Below, in pieces: positions 28,854 to 38,384 of a DNA stretch of 64,000 nt. A program made the position numbers and the translations under genes. The notes beneath the pieces were generated by a model. It was not told the DNA's origin. It saw nothing but the letters and a program-made list of their open reading frames with translations, and ran no database searches. Positions within the stretch are counted from its first letter, which is position 1. Each line of letters starts with the position of its first letter. This DNA is from SAR86 cluster bacterium. Lineage in GTDB: Bacteria; Pseudomonadota; Gammaproteobacteria; Magnimaribacterales; D2472. The DNA lies in NCBI GenBank assembly GCA_018607365.1, contig JABBBT010000057.1, positions 29,122 through 93,121 on the forward strand, written 5' to 3'.

Positions 28854-30620
28854 TTAATCTTCCTTATGCGTGCTAATAATTTTTAATTCTTCAAGCTGAG
28901 AATCATCAACTTTACTTGGAGCATCTGTTAGTAAGCATGTTGCACTTTGTGTTTTAGGAAATGCAATAACATCCCTTATATTGGTAGTATCTGTAATAAG
29001 CATAACTATTCTATCTAGACCAAATGCTATTCCTCCATGAGGAGGACAGCCTGATGAAAGAGCTTTTAATAAAAAGCCAAATTTACTATCAGCCTCTTCT
29101 TCTGAAATATTTAGTATATTAAATATTGTTTTTTGCATATCTGCATCAAAAACTCTTAGTGAACCGCCACCAATCTCATAACCATTCAAAACAATGTCGT
29201 AAGCGTGAGCTAAAGCAGTATCAGCAGATCCCTCTAACTCCTCGGAAGTGCATTTTGGAAGAGTAAAGGGATGATGTAGTGATGTTAGATTTCCCTCGTT
29301 GTTTCTTTCAAACATTGGGAAGTTAATCACCCAACATGGAGCCCATTTAGATGAATATAGATTTAAATCATCACCAATTTTTTTAATTAAGCTACTCATA
29401 CTTAAATTAACAACAGAGGCTTTTCCTGCTCCGAAGAAAAGCAAATCATCATTATTTAAATCTAGTTCAGCTACTAAAGAATTTATTGTCTCTTTATTAA
29501 GAAATTTAAGAATTGGGGACTGTAATCCATTTTCAATATCATCCTTATTATTAACTTTTATGTATGCGAGACCTTTTGCACCAAGCTTAGAGACAAATTT
29601 AGTATATTCATCTATTTGGCCTCTAGATAGAGAGTTTCCTCCCGGAATTTTTAAAGCAACAACTCTTGAATTATTATCTTTTGCAGGCTCTGCAAAGACT
29701 TTAAACTCTTCATCTTTAACTAATTCAGATATCTCAACTAATTTTAAAGGAATTCTTAAATCAGGTTTATCACAACCATAGTCCCTCATAGAGTCATGCC
29801 AATTTAATACTGGAAAACTATCTAAACTATCACCACAAAACTTATGAACAAGCTCCTTGATCATATTTTCGCCAATTTCCATTATGTATTCTTGATCGAT
29901 AAACGATGCTTCAATGTCTATTTGAGTAAATTCTGGTTGACGATCAGCTCTAAGATCTTCATCTCTAAAACATCTAGCAATTTGATAATACTTATCTAAC
30001 CCACCCATCATCAGCAGCTGTTTAAATAGTTGAGGTGATTGAGGTAAGGCAAAAAATTTACCAGACTGAACTCTGCTAGGCAAAATAAAGTCTCTCGCCC
30101 CTTCAGGTGTTGCTTTTGTAAGAATAGGGGTTTCTATTTCATGAAAGTCATTATCATCTAAGTAGTTTCTTATTGTTGAGCTTATTTTTGATCTGGTAAC
30201 AATTCTTTGATTCATTTCAGGCCTTCTTAAATCAAGAACCCTATTTTTTAGACGAACATCTTCATTAACATCCTGATAGTCATCTAATGGAAAAACTGGA
30301 GTCGCTGCTTTGCTAAGAATAACTATCTCCTCAGCAACAAGCTCTATTTCGCCAGTTGTCATATTTTTATTAATTGTGCCTTCTAACCTAGATTTAACTT
30401 TTCCAGATATCTTAACAACATACTCATTTCTTAATGTTTCAGCAATTTCAAAAGACTTTAAATTATCAGGATTAATTACAGCCTGACAAATTCCTTTAAT
30501 GTCTCTTACATCTAAGAATATAACCCCGCCATGATCTCGTCTTTTGTGAATCCAGCCACAAATTATTATATCTTTATCAAGATGTTTAGATGTAATTTCT
30601 CCACAGTAGTGAGATCTCAT
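28854..30620 (-). CDS. aspS: aspartate--tRNA ligase
   Basis: 588 aa; bacterial-type AspRS with an OB-fold N-terminus, insertion domain and class II motifs ([27 protein letters not shown]). Confidence 0.95.
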   Translation of the reverse strand: MRSHYCGEITSKHLDKDIIICGWIHKRRDHGGVIFLDVRDIKGICQAVINPDNLKSFEIAETLRNEYVVKISGKVKSRLEGTINKNMTTGEIELVAEEIVILSKAATPVFPLDDYQDVNEDVRLKNRVLDLRRPEMNQRIVTRSKISSTIRNYLDDNDFHEIETPILTKATPEGARDFILPSRVQSGKFFALPQSPQLFKQLLMMGGLDKYYQIARCFRDEDLRADRQPEFTQIDIEASFIDQEYIMEIGENMIKELVHKFCGDSLDSFPVLNWHDSMRDYGCDKPDLRIPLKLVEISELVKDEEFKVFAEPAKDNNSRVVALKIPGGNSLSRGQIDEYTKFVSKLGAKGLAYIKVNNKDDIENGLQSPILKFLNKETINSLVAELDLNNDDLLFFGAGKASVVNLSMSSLIKKIGDDLNLYSSKWAPCWVINFPMFERNNEGNLTSLHHPFTLPKCTSEELEGSADTALAHAYDIVLNGYEIGGGSLRVFDADMQKTIFNILNISEEEADSKFGFLLKALSSGCPPHGGIAFGLDRIVMLITDTTNIRDVIAFPKTQSATCLLTDAPSKVDDSQLEELKIISTHKED

Positions 30621-30633
30621 AATATTTCCTTAT

Positions 30634-30912
30634 TTATTTAGTAATCTTATCTTGTTTAGGCTCTTTCTTGGAGTCAGATATTGAATTTTTTGAAGATTTA
30701 TTATCATTTGATGATAAGTTTTTTTTATTTCCAGTTTTAAAGTCAGTTTCATACCACCCTCCACCCTTTAATCTAAATGAAGGAGCTGAGACCATTTTTA
30801 AAAGACTGTTTTTATTACATTTGGGGCATAGCGTCCTAGGTTCATCACTAAACTTCTGTATTATTTCAGTCTCATATTCACAATCTGAACATTTATAGTC
30901 ATAAATCGGCAT
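30634..30912 (-). CDS. FmdB-family zinc-ribbon protein
   Basis: MPIYDYKCSDCEYETE...CPKC zinc ribbon with a K/S-rich C-terminal tail. Confidence 0.75.
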   Translation of the reverse strand: MPIYDYKCSDCEYETEIIQKFSDEPRTLCPKCNKNSLLKMVSAPSFRLKGGGWYETDFKTGNKKNLSSNDNKSSKNSISDSKKEPKQDKITK

Positions 30913-30974
30913 AAGTACTCGAAAAAAAGATAAAATTATAAACCATAAGGATTTATATATAACAAATTAATAAA

Positions 30975-32249
30975 ATGTTGTTCTCAAAACTATTACTACC
31001 CACTTTAAAAGATGCACCTCAGGAGGCTGAAGTTATAAGCCATAAGCTAATGCTTAGAGCAGGGATGATCAGAAGAGTGGCTTCTGGGATCTACACCTGG
31101 CTTCCATTGGGGTTAAAAGTCCTAAGAAAAATTGAAACTATTGTAAGGGAGGAGATGGACTCATCTGGTGCTCAAGAAGTTCTTATGCCTATGGTCCAAC
31201 CAAAGGAGCTTTGGGAAGAAACTAATAGATGGGAAAAAATGGGTCCTGAACTTCTTAGAATTCAAGATAGGCATAATAGAGATTTCTGCCTAGGTCCTAC
31301 TCATGAAGAAGTTATTACAGACTTAATTAGAAATAATGTTAAGAGCTATAAAGAACTTCCATTAAATATTTATCAAATACAAACTAAATTTAGAGATGAA
31401 GTTAGACCAAGATATGGAGTAATGAGAGGAAGAGAATTTTTAATGAAAGATTCGTATAGTTTTAATGAAGATGAGGCCTGTCTTCAAGAGACATATCTCA
31501 CCATGAGAGATACCTATAAAAAAATTATTGAAAGAATAGGGCTTGATTATAAAATTGTTGCAGCTGACTCTGGAGCAATAGGTGGAGATGCCTCAGAGGA
31601 ATTTCATGTTCTTGCAGAGACTGGTGAAGATACTATTGCTATAAGTGATGCTTCTGAATATGCCATAAACACAGAACTACTTCTTAAGGAAGGTGAAGAT
31701 ATTGCCTCTCTTGAAGGTAAGCCTTCGCCTGATGGAAAGGGAGTAATCCAAATAAAAAAAGGCATAGAAGTTGGCCATATCTTTCAATTAGGTAAGGTTT
31801 ATGCTGAAGATATGAAAGCCAATGTTTTAAATAAAGAAGGTAAGGCCTCAACCCTCTTTATGGGCTGCTATGGTATTGGGGTTTCGAGATTAGTTGCTGC
31901 AGCTATTGAACAAAATAACGATGATAAGGGAATTGTATGGCCTCACAGCATTGCACCTTTTGATATTAATATCATTGCTATAGGGTATGGCAAGGATCAA
32001 AAAATAGCAGATGCATCTATTAAGCTTTATGGCGAATTAAAGGATATGGGGTACGAGGTATTATTGGATGATAGAAAAGATGGCTATGGAACCAAGATGA
32101 AAGATTCTGAGTTAATTGGAATTCCATTAAATATAATTATTGGTAAAAAGTTCATTGAAACAAATGAAATTGAATTAAAATCTAGGAACGGGGATTCATC
32201 CACAAACGATATTTCAAATATAAAAACAATACTAGATTTTTTTAAATAA
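30975..32249 (+). CDS. proS: proline--tRNA ligase, bacterial type but lacking the INS editing domain
   Basis: The N-terminus aligns with E. coli ProRS ([38 protein letters not shown]) and motifs 2 and 3 are present ([17 protein letters not shown]; GCYGIGVSR). It is only 424 aa, against 572 in E. coli. Confidence 0.9.
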   Translation: MLFSKLLLPTLKDAPQEAEVISHKLMLRAGMIRRVASGIYTWLPLGLKVLRKIETIVREEMDSSGAQEVLMPMVQPKELWEETNRWEKMGPELLRIQDRHNRDFCLGPTHEEVITDLIRNNVKSYKELPLNIYQIQTKFRDEVRPRYGVMRGREFLMKDSYSFNEDEACLQETYLTMRDTYKKIIERIGLDYKIVAADSGAIGGDASEEFHVLAETGEDTIAISDASEYAINTELLLKEGEDIASLEGKPSPDGKGVIQIKKGIEVGHIFQLGKVYAEDMKANVLNKEGKASTLFMGCYGIGVSRLVAAAIEQNNDDKGIVWPHSIAPFDINIIAIGYGKDQKIADASIKLYGELKDMGYEVLLDDRKDGYGTKMKDSELIGIPLNIIIGKKFIETNEIELKSRNGDSSTNDISNIKTILDFFK

Positions 32250-32250
32250 C

Positions 32251-32532
32251 TTAATAAGAATTTATATCTTTTTTATTGCCCTTATTCTTAAAAAATTTTT
32301 GAATAAGGTATGAGAATATAACAGAAATTATTCCCCATAAAACCAAGGCATATGCCCAGTTATCAATAATACTTACCTCAAAGTTATTTTGAAATTTATA
32401 TATTAACCCCACAATCATAGAAGCAAGCCCAATAGGTAAAAATAAAACCAAAGATCCAAAAAAGACCTCAACTGTTATCAAAACAACACCTGCAATTAGC
32501 CATATATCTGGGTTTTCTAATAAATTAATCAT
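32251..32532 (-). CDS. small membrane protein, NfeD-like partner of the SPFH protein (no OB-fold domain seen)
   Basis: 93 aa with 3 TM helices; an 8-nt overlap couples it to the upstream SPFH gene. The call is positional only. Confidence 0.4.
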   Translation of the reverse strand: MINLLENPDIWLIAGVVLITVEVFFGSLVLFLPIGLASMIVGLIYKFQNNFEVSIIDNWAYALVLWGIISVIFSYLIQKFFKNKGNKKDINSY

Positions 32533-33448
32533 TGCTTGTTGGTTTATCTGTAATGGTTCCCAGCAATACCTCTAGGCTTCCAAGAGCCTTTGTAATGTCT
32601 GATGGAACAACTAATGTTTTTGACTGTCCTGAAGAGGCAATAGCAGTTAAACCATCTACCTGTCTTTTCATAATCTCGTAATTAATAGCTGGTTGGCCAT
32701 CGTCTTTTATAGCTTGGCCAACAACACGAGTTTGCTCAGCATCTGCATCAGCTTTAATTTTAACTGCATATGCTTCGGCATCTGCAGAAACTTTGACTGC
32801 TTCGGCAACTTTTCTAGCCTCATATAGCTGCGCATCAGCATTTAACTCTATACTTCTTTTGTTACCTTCTGCAGTAGCAATAGTTGCCCTTCTCTCTCTT
32901 TCTGCATTTAACTGCTGCCTTTGAGAATCTTTGGTTTGCTCATCAACTAACACGTCAAGTATTTCAGTTCTTGTAACTTCAACTCCCCATATTGCAGCTG
33001 CCTGAATAAGTCTATCCTTAATTTCAGAATTCATTGATTCTCTAGAGGACTGCAAATCATCAAGCTCTAGTTGACCAGCAGCAGATCTAATTACAGAAAT
33101 GGCTGTATTTTCAATGGCTAAATCAATATTTTTAATTCTATAAACTGATTTAGAAGCATCTAAAACCCTAAAAAATACAGTAGAAACTAGACCTACCTCA
33201 ACATTATCTTTAGTAATTACTGATATCTGAAATTTAGGAAGTTGCCTTTCAAGAATATCTACTTTATGAGCAACACTATCTATAAAAGGAATGATTATAT
33301 GCAGTCCAGATTCTAGCGTATTCGTATACTTTCCAAATCTCTCTATGACATATACTTTTGACTGGGGAACAATCTTGATACCTAAATACAGTACAAAAAT
33401 TATTAAAAGGAATAATAATATTAAAAAAATCTGAAAAGTGCTTATCAT
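32525..33448 (-). CDS. SPFH/band-7 (stomatin-prohibitin) family membrane protein
   Basis: N-terminal TM helix, an SPFH core (IVPQSKVYVIERFGKY...), and an Ala/Glu-rich coiled-coil C-terminus. Confidence 0.85.
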   Translation of the reverse strand: MISTFQIFLILLFLLIIFVLYLGIKIVPQSKVYVIERFGKYTNTLESGLHIIIPFIDSVAHKVDILERQLPKFQISVITKDNVEVGLVSTVFFRVLDASKSVYRIKNIDLAIENTAISVIRSAAGQLELDDLQSSRESMNSEIKDRLIQAAAIWGVEVTRTEILDVLVDEQTKDSQRQQLNAERERRATIATAEGNKRSIELNADAQLYEARKVAEAVKVSADAEAYAVKIKADADAEQTRVVGQAIKDDGQPAINYEIMKRQVDGLTAIASSGQSKTLVVPSDITKALGSLEVLLGTITDKPTSND

Positions 33449-33538
33449 AAAATTAGGTGCAAAAATTAATTATAAAATAAATATAACAAATTACTCATAA
33501 TAAAGAAAAGAAATAGAAATCGTTTATATATATATAAA

Positions 33539-34705
33539 TTAAATTCTTTCTATGATGGTAGCGTTAGCAGTCCCACCGCCTTCACATATTGCTTGCAATG
33601 CATATCTACCTTTTCTTCTTTCTAGCTCATGGAGCATAGTTGTCATTAGCTTAGTTCCTGTAGCACCCAAAGGATGTCCAAGTGCTATTGCACCACCATT
33701 TACATTGAGCTTATTTTTATCTGCATTTAGTTCAATTGCCCATGCCATTGGAACTGGGGCAAATGCTTCATTAACTTCATAAAGATCTATTTCATCAATA
33801 TTGAGATTTGATTGCTTTAAAGCTAATTTAGAAGCAGGTATTGGGCCGGTAAGCATAAATACAGGATCATCACCAACAACTGTTATAGTTTTAATAAGAG
33901 CTCTTGGGTTGGTTTTAATCTTCTTAAGGCCCTCGTCATTACATATCATTATTGCCGATGCACCATCAGTTATTTGACTTGCATTGCCAGCCGTTATGAC
34001 CCCTCCCTCGATTACTGGGTTAAGACCAGACAAGCCTTCAATAGAAGCGTCATATCTAATACCCTCATCTGAAATTACCATAGAACCTTTATTGCCTTCA
34101 AGTGGGAGAATTTCACTTTTAAATAGATCTGCTTTTGAAGCGTTAGCTGCTTTTATATGACTGTCAAGTGCAAAACTATCTAGATCGCTCCTTGAAAGAT
34201 TCCATTTATCTGCAACAAGCTCTGCGCCAGTAAATTGTGAAAAGAATATACCTGGGTATCTTTTTTCAATACCTTTGGCATTAAATGGAAAGCCATGCTC
34301 AGCCTTCATTCCATCTGTGATACTTGCACCGATCGGCACAATAGACATGACCTCTACACCACCAGCAATAACGATATCTTGTGTTCCAGACATAACAGCT
34401 TGAGCTGCGAAATGAAGAGCCTGCTGTGATGAGCCACATTGTCTATCAATAGTAGTTCCAGGGACTGACTCAGGTAAGCTGGATGCTAAAACCGCATTTC
34501 TAGCTAAATTACCAGCCTGAGCTCCAACCTGATCAACACAACCGAAAATAACATCATCTATATCTTTTGGATCAACTCCTGTTTGTTTTACAAGCTCGTC
34601 AAGAACCGCGGCCCCCATATCGGCTGGATGCCAATCACTTAAAGAACCATTCTTTTTCCCACCTGGAGTTCGAACTGCAGATACTATATATGCTTTTTCG
34701 GCCAT
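33539..34705 (-). CDS. thiolase family acetyl-CoA C-acyltransferase
   Basis: 388 aa; nucleophilic Cys in DRQCGSSQQA, plus C-terminal NVNGGAIALGHPLGATG and CEGGG motifs. Confidence 0.85.
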   Translation of the reverse strand: MAEKAYIVSAVRTPGGKKNGSLSDWHPADMGAAVLDELVKQTGVDPKDIDDVIFGCVDQVGAQAGNLARNAVLASSLPESVPGTTIDRQCGSSQQALHFAAQAVMSGTQDIVIAGGVEVMSIVPIGASITDGMKAEHGFPFNAKGIEKRYPGIFFSQFTGAELVADKWNLSRSDLDSFALDSHIKAANASKADLFKSEILPLEGNKGSMVISDEGIRYDASIEGLSGLNPVIEGGVITAGNASQITDGASAIMICNDEGLKKIKTNPRALIKTITVVGDDPVFMLTGPIPASKLALKQSNLNIDEIDLYEVNEAFAPVPMAWAIELNADKNKLNVNGGAIALGHPLGATGTKLMTTMLHELERRKGRYALQAICEGGGTANATIIERI

Positions 34706-34740
34706 AAAAAAATCCCTATTAAAATATATTCAATAGGGAT
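34706..34740 (-). terminator. candidate intrinsic terminator after recA
   Basis: On the minus strand, ATCCCTATT-(11-nt loop)-AATAGGGAT is followed by T6. It begins 18 nt after the recA stop and the T-run abuts the thiolase ATG. The stem is AT-rich and the loop is large, so strength is uncertain. Confidence 0.45.
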
Positions 34741-34758
34741 AATTGTATCAACAAAAAA

Positions 34759-35775
34759 CTATTTTGTAGATTTTGCTTTACTTGCTATATATTCTTTACG
34801 TATTTCATCAAGAAGATTTTCACGAATTTTTGCATTCTCTTTCAGGAATAGTCCTGCTTTAGCTTTTCCTTGCCCAATGGTTTCACCATTTAATTTATAG
34901 AATGCTCCTGATTTTTCAATTAATCCAAGTTTATTTCCATAGTCAAGAATCTCTCCTTCAGAGTTAATGCCTTGGCCATACATTATCTGGAACTCAGCTT
35001 GTTTAAATGGAGGTGAGACTTTGTTTTTAACAACTTTTACTCTTGTCTCATTACCCATTATTTCATCCCCTTCTTTAACAGCACCAATTCTTCTTATATC
35101 CAATCTAACTGAAGAATAAAATTTAAGAGCATTACCACCAGTTGTAGTTTCAGGGCTACCAAACATAACTCCAATTTTCATTCTGATCTGATTAATAAAA
35201 ACAACGGTTGCTCCAGATCTTTGGATATTTCCTGTTATTTTTCTTAGAGCTTGGGACATTAATCTTGCTTGTAAGCCAACATGATGATCACCCATTTCAC
35301 CTTCAATTTCTGCCCTTGGAACTAATGCAGCAACAGAATCAATAATGACTAAATCAACGCTATTTGATTTAACCAGCATGTCAGCTACTTCAAGAGCTTG
35401 TTCGCCTGTATCTGGTTGGGAAAGTAGTAACTCATCAACATTCACACCTAACTTTTCGGCATACTGAGGATCAAGTGCATGTTCAGCATCTATAAATGCA
35501 CATGTTCCACCATTTTTTTGACATTCAGCAATTATTTGAAGTGTTAGGGTTGTCTTGCCTGATGACTCGGGACCATATATTTCAGTTACCCTGCCTTTAG
35601 GAATACCACCTATTCCAAGAGCAATATCCAGACCCACAGAACCTGTAGAAATAGATGGGATATCTAATATCTCCCTATCTCCCATTCTCATAACGGTACC
35701 CTTACCGAAATGACTATCGATATCCGCAAGTGTATCTTTTAGTGTTTTATTACTCGTATCTTTTGATTTAGCCAT
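34759..35775 (-). CDS. recA: recombinase RecA
   Basis: 338 aa; Walker [10 protein letters not shown] and L1/L2 loop regions conserved. The C-terminus ends in ...[15 protein letters not shown]. Confidence 0.96.
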   Translation of the reverse strand: MAKSKDTSNKTLKDTLADIDSHFGKGTVMRMGDREILDIPSISTGSVGLDIALGIGGIPKGRVTEIYGPESSGKTTLTLQIIAECQKNGGTCAFIDAEHALDPQYAEKLGVNVDELLLSQPDTGEQALEVADMLVKSNSVDLVIIDSVAALVPRAEIEGEMGDHHVGLQARLMSQALRKITGNIQRSGATVVFINQIRMKIGVMFGSPETTTGGNALKFYSSVRLDIRRIGAVKEGDEIMGNETRVKVVKNKVSPPFKQAEFQIMYGQGINSEGEILDYGNKLGLIEKSGAFYKLNGETIGQGKAKAGLFLKENAKIRENLLDEIRKEYIASKAKSTK

Positions 35776-35787
35776 CTTAATCTCCTT

Positions 35788-35831
35788 TACTGTATATTTA
35801 TACAGTATATTACTATTTAAGAAATTTACAA
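35788..35831 (-). promoter_or_regulatory. recA promoter with a consensus LexA (SOS) box
   Basis: TACTGTATATTTATACAGTA (35788..35807) matches TACTG(TA)5CAGTA. On the minus strand: TTGTAA (-35, 35831..35826), 16 nt, TATACT (-10, 35809..35804) overlapping the box, then AAGGAG and ATG. Confidence 0.75.
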
Positions 35832-35904
35832 CTTTAAAGTATATTTTTTTCTTGTTTTATCTTAAAGTCACCATTAAATAATACTTTAATTTAGGTGAAA
35901 TTAT

Positions 35905-36228
35905 ATGACCTTTGTGGTTACTGAAGCATGTATAAAATGTAAGTACACAGATTGTGTTGAAGTGTGCCCTGTAGATTGTTTTTATGAAGGTCCGGACTTT
36001 CTTGTCATTCATCCAGATGAATGCATTGATTGTGCTTTATGTGAGCCTGAATGCCCTATAGATGCCATTTTGTCTGAAGATGAATTGCCTGAAGATCAGA
36101 TTGAATTTATTGAAATTAATGCTCGACTCTCAGAAGTTTATGAAAATATTACAGAAGCAAAAGAGCCACTCCCAGATGCTAAAAAATTTGAGACAGTAAT
36201 AAATAAAAGGAGTTTGATAGACTTATAA
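35905..36228 (+). CDS. fdxA: 7Fe-type ferredoxin (Azotobacter/Pseudomonas FdxA type)
   Basis: 107 aa; [18 protein letters not shown] and [12 protein letters not shown] cluster motifs. Confidence 0.9.
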   Translation: MTFVVTEACIKCKYTDCVEVCPVDCFYEGPDFLVIHPDECIDCALCEPECPIDAILSEDELPEDQIEFIEINARLSEVYENITEAKEPLPDAKKFETVINKRSLIDL

Positions 36229-36963
36229 AGTTACTATTGGAAGAATAGTTATACCACTTATTAATATTAAAGCAGTGAAAAAAGTCATGATCTCAAGCTT
36301 AAAACTTTTAATTAGCTGGTTTAAAATCTTTGGCATTGTTAAAACTGATATTAAACAACCTAAAGAAAAAGGTAATAGAATAACCCAATTAATTGAGCCA
36401 ATAGACCCAATAATAATTTCATAAACTCCGAAAGACAATAATATTGCACTGCCAGATATTCCTGGTAACAAGAAGAATGAAAAAGCAATAAATCCCATAA
36501 AAAAAATAAATAAAGGTGATGGATCTAAAGGTGTTGAACTGAACTGGCTCAACAGTAAACCAAACAATATGCCAAATAAAAATTGAATATTTAACCTAAT
36601 ATGTTTACCAAACTCCTCTTTGATTCTAAATGCTATTAGGACTGATACTAGGCACATAAGTACGCCTATAAAATATAAAAAGTATTCAGTGTATGAGGAC
36701 AGTAAATACAATATAAGATTAGATGCGAGAATTACGCTAAGCACCATTGATAGAAAGAAAGGTATTATCAAGTCAAGAAAGAAAACTTCATTTAATTTCT
36801 TTATATTGAATGAAAGATTCGATAACTTTAAATTAGCTAGAAATAAAATAAACTTATCATAAACATTGAAAGCAACTGCTACAGTAGAGCCAGATATTCC
36901 AGGTAAAAGCTCAGCAAGACCGACAAAGAATCCAGAAATAATAAATCTTAACCTCTCACTCAC
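36223..36963 (-). CDS. DUF368 membrane protein (family reported as PopT-type undecaprenyl-phosphate translocase)
   Basis: Duplicated LLPGISGS motif (aa ~19 and ~166) and about 7-8 TM helices. The GTG start overlaps the pcm stop (GTGA). Confidence 0.75.
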   Translation of the reverse strand: MSERLRFIISGFFVGLAELLPGISGSTVAVAFNVYDKFILFLANLKLSNLSFNIKKLNEVFFLDLIIPFFLSMVLSVILASNLILYLLSSYTEYFLYFIGVLMCLVSVLIAFRIKEEFGKHIRLNIQFLFGILFGLLLSQFSSTPLDPSPLFIFFMGFIAFSFFLLPGISGSAILLSFGVYEIIIGSIGSINWVILLPFSLGCLISVLTMPKILNQLIKSFKLEIMTFFTALILISGITILPIVTL

Positions 36964-37640
36964 GAATCATTTCCATCCATTGAAATTCCTGGGAGCATTG
37001 GTACAAATGCCACCTCATCATAAATATCCTCTTCAATTTTATCAGACAGTTTTGTAATTACATTTAGTTGTTGTAATTTTGAATTTCCAACTGGTATAAC
37101 TATTTTTGAGTCTACGTTTAAACTTTCAATAAGATCTTGTGGATACTGTCTTGGTGCAGCAGCACATATAACACCGTCATATTTAATATCTTGATCCCAG
37201 TCAACAAAGCCATCGCCATGCTTAAATAAAATATTATTTATTTTTAGCTCCCTTAAATTTTCTCTAGATTTAGTTACTAAAGGTTTGATTCTCTCGACTG
37301 CATGAACCTGTTCACAAAAATAAGAAAGGACTGCACTTTGATAACCGCATCCGGAGCCTAACTCTAATACTTGGTTAAGAACCTTGCCACGTGATTTGGT
37401 ATGAGAGATTAATAACTCTGTCATTCTTGCAACAATATAAGGCTGAGAAATTGTTTGCTTATAGCCAATTGTTAAAGATCGATTTTCATAGGCTCTAGAT
37501 CTTAAGGCTTCATCTAAAAATATATGTCTTGGAACCTGAGACATGGCATCAAGAACTCTAAAATCTTTTATACCCATTTCAAGGAGCATTTCGATCATCT
37601 CTTCTCTGACCCTTCTAAAAGTAAATCCAGAGCTATTCAT
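36960..37640 (-). CDS. pcm: protein-L-isoaspartate O-methyltransferase
   Basis: 226 aa; TISQPYIVA and SAM motif LELGSGCGYQSA; surE-pcm synteny. Confidence 0.92.
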   Translation of the reverse strand: MNSSGFTFRRVREEMIEMLLEMGIKDFRVLDAMSQVPRHIFLDEALRSRAYENRSLTIGYKQTISQPYIVARMTELLISHTKSRGKVLNQVLELGSGCGYQSAVLSYFCEQVHAVERIKPLVTKSRENLRELKINNILFKHGDGFVDWDQDIKYDGVICAAAPRQYPQDLIESLNVDSKIVIPVGNSKLQQLNVITKLSDKIEEDIYDEVAFVPMLPGISMDGNDS

Positions 37641-38379
37641 TTATATGCTCTTTGAGGCTTTCCCTTAATTCAACTCTATCAAGACCATAATCCAAAACTG
37701 ATATTGATATAAAGCCATCTTTTACGGCCTCGGCATCAGTTAAATGCTCCTCTTGTATAGGCTCACCAGATAAATTATATCGGTATCTTTTTATATTTTT
37801 TTCAGAGAAGACTTCCAGAGGCTTTGATGGAACGCCTCTTTGCGCCAATGCAGTTATTTTAATTCCCTTGCACTCCTCTTTAGATAAATCAGGAAAATTC
37901 ACATTAATAACTTTTCCAGAATATTCTTTAGGTAAATTTGTAACAGTATTAATAATTTCAGCTGTTTTATTAACAATAAAATTAATATTTTTGGTTTCAT
38001 ATGATGCAACAGAAAATGCAATAGGAGGATACTTTAATTTCCTTCCTCCAACGGCAGCTCCTACTGTTCCAGAATATATGACATCATTTCCTATATTAGC
38101 CCCATGATTAATACCTGAAACCACCATATCAAATTCAAAATCAACCATACCAAGCAGCCCAAAATAAGTACAATCTGCCGGCGTTCCATCAACTGAATAA
38201 ATTCTTTCATCAACTTTAACTATTTCTATTTCTTTCAAAAAAGATATTGCAGCACTCATGCCACTGCAGTTTCCTTTCGGGGCAATCATCCAAACTTCAT
38301 GATCTTCCGATAGTCTTTTGTATAGGTTTTGAATGTTTGGGGCAAGATAACCATCATCGTTTGTAAGGAGTATTTTCAT
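37633..38379 (-). CDS. surE: 5'/3'-nucleotidase SurE
   Basis: MKILLTNDDG N-terminus and GINHGANIG. Confidence 0.93.
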   Translation of the reverse strand: MKILLTNDDGYLAPNIQNLYKRLSEDHEVWMIAPKGNCSGMSAAISFLKEIEIVKVDERIYSVDGTPADCTYFGLLGMVDFEFDMVVSGINHGANIGNDVIYSGTVGAAVGGRKLKYPPIAFSVASYETKNINFIVNKTAEIINTVTNLPKEYSGKVINVNFPDLSKEECKGIKITALAQRGVPSKPLEVFSEKNIKRYRYNLSGEPIQEEHLTDAEAVKDGFISISVLDYGLDRVELRESLKEHINE

Positions 38380-38384
38380 AATTT

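Noticed and set aside
32251-33448. The SPFH plus small membrane protein pair as a possible novel system.
   Set aside because: The SPFH/NfeD-type two-gene operon is a well-known, widespread arrangement. The only oddity is that the partner lacks an obvious OB-fold domain, and that evidence is too weak to build on.
33525-33536. (TA)n microsatellites at 33525..33536 and 20191..20202.
   Set aside because: These are short low-complexity runs expected by chance in AT-rich intergenic DNA. There are too few units to argue for phase variation.
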